The notes beneath the pieces are model-generated. The model did not search any database, was not told the DNA's origin, and was given only the letters and a program-made list of their open reading frames with translations. A program made the position numbers and the translations under genes. A stretch of DNA of 13,310 bases from assembly GCA_029856525.1 (NCBI GenBank), contig JAHQXC010000031.1:1-13310 (forward strand), in the 5' to 3' direction. Shown here piece after piece: positions 1-6,861 of this stretch (positions are counted from its first letter, which is position 1; every line of letters begins with the position of its first letter). This DNA comes from Candidatus Odinarchaeia archaeon (GTDB lineage Archaea; Asgardarchaeota; Odinarchaeia; Odinarchaeales; Odinarchaeaceae).

Positions 1-240
1 TTGACAATCGTTTTCATCCATTTGAAAGTTACCCCTAGTAAGATAGGCTCTGTTTTAAATGAAATTAAACGGATAGAGTATATTAAGGAGGCTCATGTTG
101 TCACAGGCGACTATGATATAATAGCGAAACTTGAAACCCCTGACGCTTCACTGGCTTCAAAAATAATAATTGAGAGAATCCTTAAACTAGACGGTGTGGA
201 AAGATCTTCATCTTCAATTGTTTTACCCCAAGCTGATTAG
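1..240 (+). CDS. Stand-alone Lrp/AsnC ligand-binding (RAM) domain protein
   Basis: 79 aa with the HVVTGDYDIIAKL motif typical of Lrp/AsnC effector domains and no N-terminal HTH. The TTG start sits on the window edge, so the true start could lie upstream. Confidence 0.85.
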   Translation: MTIVFIHLKVTPSKIGSVLNEIKRIEYIKEAHVVTGDYDIIAKLETPDASLASKIIIERILKLDGVERSSSSIVLPQAD

Positions 241-308
241 CATTCTCTTCTCAACTGTGATGCTACTCTTCACCGGGTGAAATATCTAATAAACTTTATA
301 TTTTATGA

Positions 309-503
309 GTGTTAAATATTTTACTGGTGACAATTTTGTGCACCATATTGGATCTATTACCATGTGATAGAGTACCTATACAGCAATGTTTAACAGACGG
401 TTGCAACCAGTGTCTTAAAATAAAGGGCGAGAACGTTATCGAACCTGAATCTGGTGAGATAAACGTTCTACCCTTCTTGAAGTCAACTATGCCAACGATT
501 TAA
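309..503 (+). CDS. Possible small Cys-rich hypothetical protein (dubious)
   Basis: 64-codon ORF with GTG start and 5 Cys. It has a TTTATA at 295-300 upstream and a T-tract at 522-536 downstream. No recognisable family, and a start-less 67-codon open frame overlaps it on the minus strand (499-296). Confidence 0.2.
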   Translation: MLNILLVTILCTILDLLPCDRVPIQQCLTDGCNQCLKIKGENVIEPESGEINVLPFLKSTMPTI

Positions 504-521
504 CCTATAATCCTACTATCC

Positions 522-536
522 TTTTTTTATTTTTTT
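522..536 (+). terminator. Oligo-T tract, probable archaeal intrinsic terminator
   Basis: TTTTTTTATTTTTTT downstream of the Lrp gene and the small ORF. Archaeal RNA polymerase is known to terminate at oligo-dT. Confidence 0.5.
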
Positions 537-620
537 AAAAATATTAGAACCGTGTATTTTAGAGAATATTTTCTGATTCTATAATTTTATATTCTACTTG
601 GAAATATTTATTAAACTTCA

Positions 621-641
621 TTATTATATATAGTATATACT
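621..641 (+). promoter_or_regulatory. TATA-like region upstream of phoU
   Basis: TTATTATATATAGTATATACT about 60-80 nt upstream of the TTG start. It includes the palindrome AGTATATACT (632-641). A GGTGA RBS lies at 689-693. Confidence 0.35.
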
Positions 642-699
642 TAATCTTCATTAACAATTAAAAGTTAACCACATTATATTCATGGCATGGTGATCATGA

Positions 700-1698
700 T
701 TGGAGTCGCGTAAAATAATTAAACTAGGCTCCTCTACACTTGTAGTATCACTTCCAAAGGAATGGGTTGAAAAATTTAATGTTAAGAAAGGTGATACTGT
801 AGATTTTGAAATAGGAGCTGAAGGCGCTCTTACAATTATCCCGAAACATATATTAGAAAACACTGAACAGGAAGTTGAAATAATCGCTTCCCCTGATTTC
901 AAACCAGGGCGTCTTGAAAGAGAGCTAATAGCCGCTTATTTAGGGAACTACTCTACTATAAAGGTGAAGGCTGAAGACAATTTTACTAAAGAGCAGCAGT
1001 TAGAAATTCGCACCAGAGTGAAGAGACTAACAGGCTGTCAAATTATCGAGTCAAGTTCTAGTGAAATCGTCATTCAAAATCTTCTAAGAATAGATGAATT
1101 AAACGTGGATAAAGGAATTTATAGAGCTTATTTAATCACGCTTTCTATGTTAAAAGACTGCATCACAAGTCTACGAGAGTTGAAACCTGAAATTCTAGAA
1201 AACCTTCCTCAAATCGATGACGACGTCGACCAGTTCTATTTTCTAATTCTTAAACAATTAAGATCAGGGCTACTAGACTATAGGGTGCTACATAGGCTTA
1301 AACTAAAACCCGTCGACTGCTTAGACTATTTTATGGTAACTCAAAGAATAGAGCATATAGCGGATCACATACACAGAATCTCAGATCAACTAAAGCTTTT
1401 ATTATCTTCAAAATACGGGAATATTATAAAAGAATTATTAGATATGTTAACTACCGTGTATGATATATTCGAAGGCGCTATGGACTCCTTTTTAATAGGG
1501 AACATCGACATAGCTAATAGAGTGATAAACGATAGCATCTCTTTTAAAAATAGAAAGGAAACTCTTAGAAAGTGGGCTGAAAGCGAAAAATTATCTCCTG
1601 AAATATTAGTCTCATTAAATTTCCTAGTCGACAGCATCTTCAGGATTTCAGATTACGCTACTGATATCGCTGAAGTCGCTATTAATAAATTAATATAG
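700..1698 (+). CDS. phoU: Phosphate uptake regulator, archaeal AbrB/MazE-like DNA-binding domain + PhoU domains
   Basis: N-terminal RKIIKLGSSTLVVSLPKEWV (AbrB-type), followed by PhoU repeats DDDVDQFYFLILKQL and QRIEHIADH, and C-terminal RISDYATDIAEV. RBS GGTGA lies 6 nt before the TTG. Confidence 0.9.
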   Translation: MESRKIIKLGSSTLVVSLPKEWVEKFNVKKGDTVDFEIGAEGALTIIPKHILENTEQEVEIIASPDFKPGRLERELIAAYLGNYSTIKVKAEDNFTKEQQLEIRTRVKRLTGCQIIESSSSEIVIQNLLRIDELNVDKGIYRAYLITLSMLKDCITSLRELKPEILENLPQIDDDVDQFYFLILKQLRSGLLDYRVLHRLKLKPVDCLDYFMVTQRIEHIADHIHRISDQLKLLLSSKYGNIIKELLDMLTTVYDIFEGAMDSFLIGNIDIANRVINDSISFKNRKETLRKWAESEKLSPEILVSLNFLVDSIFRISDYATDIAEVAINKLI

Positions 1699-1816
1699 AA
1701 AGTTAAAATACATGGTAGCTTCGAAATATTTCAAGATAATATTAAATGTGAAATATTTTTAAAGAATAAAATACAATTTACTTTAGTTTAATAACCCTAG
1801 CATCGGAGGGATTGCT

Positions 1817-2968
1817 TTGTTAAAGATAGAGTTATCTAAGCCTGCGCGAAAGGATACATATCTTTACCCGATAGCTAAAATGCTTAAAGACGTCGTGAAA
1901 ACTGAGAGATGTATGCTGTGCGGTGGTTGCGTTGCAGCATGCCCTGTCTCCGCTATAGGAATCAAGGATTATAAGCCTACTCTTATTTCAACCTGCTATG
2001 TATGCGGGATTTGCTACACTCACTGCCCTAGGACAGGGTTGAATTTTGACGAAGTAGAGAAACACGTTTTCGGCCGTGTTAGAAGCCCTGAAGATAAAAT
2101 AGGTGTTTATTCATCGATAGCTGTAGCTAGAGCTAAAGACCCGGGTCTAAATAAACTAGGCCAGGACGGCGGCGTTATCACAGCATTGTTAAAATACGCA
2201 TTAGATAAAGGTTACATAAAAGGAGCTATAACCACTAAAAGAATTAACTCCACTTCATGGGAGCCTATCCCCTTCTTCGCAAATTCGAGTAATATTCATG
2301 AAACAGCAGGATCAGTGTATTCTGTTTCAGCTAGCAATCAACTATTAGGTAAGATATATCATGAATACGCGAACTTCGTCGGCTGCAACTTGTGTTTAAA
2401 CAGTATCGCCTTAGTCGGCACCCCCTGCCAGATAGAGTCCTTTAGAAAAATGCAGTTCTCAGATCACGGGAAGCTTAAAATCACCGATATCGTAAGTTTA
2501 ACAATAAGTATGTTCTGCTGGGGTAACTATCACTATGATAAATTAAAAGAGTTTTTAGAGTCAAAAGGATACGATCTGTCGAAGATAACAAAATTCGTTA
2601 TTAAGAAGGGTGTTTTAGCAGGTTACGATAACGGTAAAGAACTTTTCGCTTTTAAAATAAGCGAGCTTAAAGATATTAAAATGCCTGCATGCAATGAGTG
2701 CATGGATCTAACAGGTGAACTGGCTGATATTTCAGTAGGCGGTCAAGGGGTATCTGAAGGATGGTCGTTTGTAATACTCAGAACAGAGCTTGGGGAAAGA
2801 ATATTTAATGAAGCGGTGAGTGCAGGGTATTTAGAGAAGGGTTCATCTGAGATCGCTAGTAAAGCGTTAAACGAGGTTATCGAATCATCTGAAAAGAAAA
2901 AAGCCCAGAATAAAGTGTATATAGAAAACTCTCAGGACCCCCTTGTTAAATTAAGCCATAGACTTTAA
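1817..2968 (+). CDS. Coenzyme F420 hydrogenase/dehydrogenase beta subunit family (FrhB/FdhB/FpoF-like) with N-terminal 2x[4Fe-4S] ferredoxin domain
   Basis: Two CxxCxxCxxxCP motifs (CMLCGGCVAACP, CYVCGICYTHCP) plus GQDGGVIT, VGTPCQI, MFCWGNY and CNECMD..ADISVG family motifs. RBS GGAGGGG precedes the TTG. Confidence 0.88.
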   Translation: MLKIELSKPARKDTYLYPIAKMLKDVVKTERCMLCGGCVAACPVSAIGIKDYKPTLISTCYVCGICYTHCPRTGLNFDEVEKHVFGRVRSPEDKIGVYSSIAVARAKDPGLNKLGQDGGVITALLKYALDKGYIKGAITTKRINSTSWEPIPFFANSSNIHETAGSVYSVSASNQLLGKIYHEYANFVGCNLCLNSIALVGTPCQIESFRKMQFSDHGKLKITDIVSLTISMFCWGNYHYDKLKEFLESKGYDLSKITKFVIKKGVLAGYDNGKELFAFKISELKDIKMPACNECMDLTGELADISVGGQGVSEGWSFVILRTELGERIFNEAVSAGYLEKGSSEIASKALNEVIESSEKKKAQNKVYIENSQDPLVKLSHRL

Positions 2969-3009
2969 TACTTTAAACGAATCTATCCTCCGGGTTAATA
3001 AACTTAATA

Positions 3010-3197
3010 GATGCGACCAGGACTATAAGCGTCAGCTGAGTTAAAGCCGAAATACATATATCCGTTCTTATAATATTATTCTATTATAGGTGAAAGAATA
3101 GGAGTCTTAGCAAGCGTAACTCCACTATAAGATTCTAGGCTATCATAGGTATTGTGGAATATGCTGGTCGGGTGCCTGTTAAAACAGTGAACGCATC
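3010..3197. ncRNA. Candidate structured RNA, family unrecognised
   Basis: Nested complementarities: 3010-3015/3192-3197, 3016-3020/3164-3168, 3055-3063/3156-3163 (1 bulge), 3066-3072/3126-3132, 3077-3082/3095-3100, 3101-3105/3119-3123 and 3176-3180/3183-3187. No credible ORF in this 275-nt gap. Confidence 0.25.
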
Positions 3198-3243
3198 GAA
3201 CGCGGTGATCTAAACCCCGTTAACATTGTTATAGGGGAGCTTT

Positions 3244-3903
3244 ATGAGTGATCGAATGATTTTAGGTATAGATGAAGCTGGAAGGGGGCCTGTAGTCGGC
3301 CCTATGGTTATATGCGGCGCGCTTATAAGAGAGGGTAAGCTGAACGAGCTAGCTGATTTAAACCCCGTTGATTCTAAAAAGCTCACCCCCGATCAACGCG
3401 AATGGTTCAGGGAGAGATTAGAGAAAATATTGGACGGTTATAAAATAGTGATTGTAGAGCCTCGTGAAATAGACGCATACGTTGTTAGAAGCCGATTAAA
3501 CCATCTAGAAGTGGTTAAATTCTTAGAGATAATAAGTTTCTTTAAACCTGAAGCTGTTTACGTGGACGCGCCTGTTCTGAGAACAGACAGGTTTGCGCGT
3601 ATATTAAGCTGTAAATTAGATTATAAACCCCGTATTATCGCCGAAAACAAGGCTGAAAGATATCATATCGTAGCCGCAGCCTCTATACTAGCTAAAACTA
3701 CACGGGATAGATTAATAAATGAACTAGAGAAGGTTTACGGCGAATTTGGAACAGGTTACTGTCATGATCCGAAAACTATAAATTTCATCAACAACTGGCT
3801 TCAAAAAAATCATAGTCTCCCAGATATAGTTAGAAAATCCTGGGTTACCTCTAAAAATTGGGTGAACCGCTTCCTTCAAACTAAACTACCAGTATATCTA
3901 TAA
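3244..3903 (+). CDS. rnhB: Ribonuclease HII
   Basis: GIDEAGRGPVVGPMV, DSKKL, VDA and AAASILAKTTRD motifs, plus a C-terminal PIP-box-like QTKLPVYL. RBS GGGGAG. Confidence 0.97.
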   Translation: MSDRMILGIDEAGRGPVVGPMVICGALIREGKLNELADLNPVDSKKLTPDQREWFRERLEKILDGYKIVIVEPREIDAYVVRSRLNHLEVVKFLEIISFFKPEAVYVDAPVLRTDRFARILSCKLDYKPRIIAENKAERYHIVAAASILAKTTRDRLINELEKVYGEFGTGYCHDPKTINFINNWLQKNHSLPDIVRKSWVTSKNWVNRFLQTKLPVYL

Positions 3904-3972
3904 AAATTTTTATAGAAAAAATTATAAACGGCTTGAATATCCTATTTTAAAAATTAGAATTTTTTAAAATAG
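3897..3972 (+). promoter_or_regulatory. Promoter/operator region of the ABC exporter operon
   Basis: Perfect 20-bp palindrome at 3897-3916, TATA-like TTATAAA at 3922-3928, and a perfect 12-7-12 inverted repeat at 3942-3972 spanning the expected transcription start. Confidence 0.55.
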
Positions 3973-3989
3973 ATTTCTAGGTGGAGATC

Positions 3990-4946
3990 ATGGAAGTCGC
4001 TGTGAAAGTAGATAATCTTACGAAACGATTCGGCGGCTTCCTCGCAGTAGACCATCTAAATTTCGAAATTTATAAGGGTGAGATATTCGGTCTTTTAGGA
4101 CCGAACGGTGCGGGTAAAACAACAACCCTTCGAATGCTTTGTACGCTTCTACCCCCATCAGAGGGAACCGCGTTAATAGAAGGCTTTGATATAAGAAAAG
4201 AGTCTAGTAAGGTTAGACGTGTTTTAGGAGTTGTATCTGAAGGAATAAACCTATATGATGACTTAACAGCTAAAGAGAATCTTGAACTCCTAGGTAGATT
4301 ATATAATATTCCGCGTAGAATATTAAACTCTAAAATAGAAACCTCTCTTAACTTAATAGGGTTATCTGAAAGAGCGGATAGTCTGGTTAAAACATTCTCA
4401 ACAGGTATGCGGAAAAAACTGCATATAATAGCTGCGCTACTTCATAATCCGAAAGTTTTACTTTTAGACGAAGTTACAAGCGGGTTAGACCCTCAGACCG
4501 CTGTTAGTATAAGAGAGTTAGCTAAAACATTAAGCAAAGAAAATAATATAACAGTCATCTGGACCACTCACTATATTGAAGAACCTGAGAAAATCTGTGA
4601 TCGAGTGGCTGTCATCGACCACGGTAGAATTCTAGCGTTGAATACTCCTGAAGAAATAAAACAGATGGTGATGGATGAGACTATAATCGACATCGCCTGT
4701 AAAACCTACGTCGAATCCAGTGTTATCGATCAAATAAAACTGTTAAACCGCAAGTTAAAAGTTTATCCTAAACCAACCGGTTTAACAATCCTATATGAGA
4801 AGGATGAAAATCTTTTACCGGATGTACTAAAAATCCTCTCTGAAAACAATATACCCGTAGTCGACGTTAAAAAACACATCCCAAGTCTTGAAGAAGCATA
4901 CCTGCATCTTACAGGAGATAATTTAAAAGGGGGTGTTAAAGTTTAA
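3990..4946 (+). CDS. ABC-2 (DrrA/NodI-like) exporter ATP-binding subunit
   Basis: Walker A GPNGAGKT, signature FSTGM, Walker B LLLDE, D-loop SGLDP, H-loop TTHY, and C-terminal SLEEAYLHLTG. The ATG at 3990 follows an RBS GGTGGAG and is preferred over the GTG at 3981. Confidence 0.95.
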   Translation: MEVAVKVDNLTKRFGGFLAVDHLNFEIYKGEIFGLLGPNGAGKTTTLRMLCTLLPPSEGTALIEGFDIRKESSKVRRVLGVVSEGINLYDDLTAKENLELLGRLYNIPRRILNSKIETSLNLIGLSERADSLVKTFSTGMRKKLHIIAALLHNPKVLLLDEVTSGLDPQTAVSIRELAKTLSKENNITVIWTTHYIEEPEKICDRVAVIDHGRILALNTPEEIKQMVMDETIIDIACKTYVESSVIDQIKLLNRKLKVYPKPTGLTILYEKDENLLPDVLKILSENNIPVVDVKKHIPSLEEAYLHLTGDNLKGGVKV

Positions 4947-6708
4947 TCTAATAGCTGATTCCATTCTAATCGCTAAAAAGGAGTTAATTCAACTATGGCG
5001 TGATAAAGCCTCACTCATATTTACTTTTCTAATCCCAATCACGATAATGGCTGCTTTCACATTCGCGATACCTAAAGCTTACTCTCAGGTCACTCTTCAA
5101 ATAGGGGTTTACGACGCTGATAAAACATCTCTCTCAGATAATATGGTGACCGTGTTAAATGCTTCTAATCTCGAAGTAAAATACACGGCTGAAAGCTTTG
5201 AAAGCCTCAAAGGCATGGTTGAAGAGGGGAGAATCGCTGGGGCTGTAATGATTCCAGCCGGATTCGCTGATGCTTTAAAACACGGGGAGTTAATGAATTT
5301 AACCGTTATAGTCGATAATAGTAAACGCGAAGTGTTAACTATTCTACTAAGCGATATTCAAAAGAAATCTGGTCAGCTCCTCCAGGTTTTTAAAGACTAT
5401 TTAAGAGATAGTGTATTAGAGAATATAACAAGTCTACACCAGCAATTATACGATTTTAAAGATAATATTTCACTAGCAGTGTTCCTAGTCTACGGTATAC
5501 CCGCCGTATATATTTCAGGTAATTCAAGTATCGGTGTCAAAGGATGGGAGCAGTTTTACTCAGATTATAAAGCTCAGATTGAAGCAGGTTTAATCACTAT
5601 TTACGATGTTAACAACTTTGCGAATCAAAGCGTATATACATATCTTCACGCTGTTCTATCAAATTATCCTAGTGAAATACAAGCTTGGGCGCTCGGATAC
5701 CTGGAATTATTCCACTATAACTGGAATATTACATTTACGAATCCTTATCCATCTCAAAGCGAGGTATACAGTGTTATCCCTAGATTCAGGGGGGAGAGTG
5801 TGCTCTCGCTTGTAACCGCGGGCTATATTAATTCAACGCTCTCAAACAGTGAATTAAATCTTTTCTATAATGTTTATTCAAATTTCTCTCTCTCAACTTG
5901 GAATGATACTAGTTCACTCGACGGTTTTATCATCAGGTATGCTGCTAAAAACCTGTCTTTAAACGAGACATTAATTGAGAAGATTTACAGTTTAGGAGCC
6001 CACCCCTCTGAAGATGATATTAACAGGGTGGTGGATGATGTTTTAAACACTATGTTTAACAGCCAGAGTAATCTGATAGGCGTCAACGAGGTGAAAATCG
6101 GCGGGGACATAGAGTCCGGTGTAGCTACTGGTATAATGGTTTTAGGTTTCGCACTTATTTTCAGCTGCTTTGACGATATAGCTGGTGCGATGGCTAGGGA
6201 ACGTGAAAAAGGCACGATGCCCCGCCTGTTTCTAACACCTATGAATAAGCTGAGCTTCTTTCTAGGTAAGACTATTGCAAGCATCACTTTAACGTTGGTG
6301 AGAGCTACGATCCTTCTATTAATGTATCTTTATGTTTTAGGCGGCGTGATGGTCGGTAGCATCCTCTTATTCTATTTAATTTCTATAATGATAGCTATAC
6401 TCACTATTTCATTAGGGTTCGTGATCTCGGCTAGAAATATTAGCTCACGGGGTGTGATTATACTGGAAATAGCGTTAATGGTTCCATTAATATTCTTCAC
6501 AGGTATTCTAATGCCTAAAGAGTTGATGCCGCCGATAGCTCAAACATTTCAAGAGCTCTTACCCTACTGGTATACTAATGATGCGCTTAGAAGAGTGGCT
6601 TTACTCGGTCAAGGATTAGAGTATATCGGATTCAACTTAATAATAGCCGCAGTCTCCTCTATTATACTATTTACAATAGCGGCTATCCTTACGAAGAGAA
6701 GCATATGA
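4933..6708 (+). CDS. ABC-2 type exporter permease with greatly enlarged extracellular domain
   Basis: N-terminal IAKKELIQLWRDK plus TM1, and AREREKGTMPRLFLTP, FFTGILMPKELMP and LPYWYTNDALRR ABC-2 motifs with a C-terminal TM bundle. 591 aa, overlapping the ATPase by 14 nt. Confidence 0.92.
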   Translation: MLKFNLIADSILIAKKELIQLWRDKASLIFTFLIPITIMAAFTFAIPKAYSQVTLQIGVYDADKTSLSDNMVTVLNASNLEVKYTAESFESLKGMVEEGRIAGAVMIPAGFADALKHGELMNLTVIVDNSKREVLTILLSDIQKKSGQLLQVFKDYLRDSVLENITSLHQQLYDFKDNISLAVFLVYGIPAVYISGNSSIGVKGWEQFYSDYKAQIEAGLITIYDVNNFANQSVYTYLHAVLSNYPSEIQAWALGYLELFHYNWNITFTNPYPSQSEVYSVIPRFRGESVLSLVTAGYINSTLSNSELNLFYNVYSNFSLSTWNDTSSLDGFIIRYAAKNLSLNETLIEKIYSLGAHPSEDDINRVVDDVLNTMFNSQSNLIGVNEVKIGGDIESGVATGIMVLGFALIFSCFDDIAGAMAREREKGTMPRLFLTPMNKLSFFLGKTIASITLTLVRATILLLMYLYVLGGVMVGSILLFYLISIMIAILTISLGFVISARNISSRGVIILEIALMVPLIFFTGILMPKELMPPIAQTFQELLPYWYTNDALRRVALLGQGLEYIGFNLIIAAVSSIILFTIAAILTKRSI

Positions 6709-6734
6709 TGGTTTTTATAAAATTGATAAGTTTA

Positions 6735-6827
6735 CGGTGGCATGCTGCAAACTATTAACCTGCAGGTGAGGGGAGGGCTGGGCTGCTCTCTCAAGGAAGC
6801 TGGTGTTTCACATACTTGAAACCGCCA
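6735..6827. ncRNA. Candidate GC-rich three-hairpin RNA (or MITE-like element) between convergent genes
   Basis: About 55% GC by hand count (51/92 over 6735-6826), well above the AT-rich surroundings. Hairpins at 6741-6768, 6768-6792 and 6801-6827, bracketed by an 11-bp inverted repeat (6711-6721/6832-6842). Confidence 0.4.
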
Positions 6828-6861
6828 AGTATTTATAAAAACTGTATCATAGTTGCTATAG

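Noticed and set aside
257-281. GTGATGC-12nt-GTGA box C/D'-like words and the near-palindrome TTCACC-G-GGTGAA
   Set aside because: No matching C' and D boxes follow, so the box set is incomplete. The palindrome is too short to call.
651-902. 83-aa minus-strand ORF
   Set aside because: Antisense shadow of phoU: Ser/Ile/Phe-rich and no motif.
1386-1637. 83-aa minus-strand ORF
   Set aside because: Lies wholly antisense within phoU, with shadow-type composition.
1723-1758. Repeated GAAATATTT upstream of the FrhB-like gene (also at 601-609)
   Set aside because: AT-only palindromic core that also occurs inside coding regions (e.g. near 7524), so it is likely chance.
3015-3040. Minus-strand GCTGACGCTTATAGTCC resembling the FMN riboswitch 3' end or the group I intron S element
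   Set aside because: The required 5' conserved elements (UCAGGGCxGGGUGAAAUUCCC, or P/Q/R) are absent.
3190-3225. ATCGAA...ATCTAAA...CCGTT resembling the tRNA-Pyl anticodon region (CUA)
   Set aside because: The anticodon stem has a mismatch, the loop begins with A rather than C, and there is no T-arm or acceptor stem.
5606-5815. 69-aa plus-strand ORF
   Set aside because: Alternative frame inside the permease, with no motif or RBS support.
5985-6287. 100-aa minus-strand ORF
   Set aside because: Antisense shadow of the permease.
6735-6827. tRNA-Sec, 5S rRNA, SAM-I or HDV-ribozyme interpretation of the GC-rich island
   Set aside because: No UCA anticodon loop or closed acceptor stem, no 5S loop C motif, and only short scattered word matches to SAM-I/HDV in the wrong order. 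Kept only as an unassigned ncRNA candidate.
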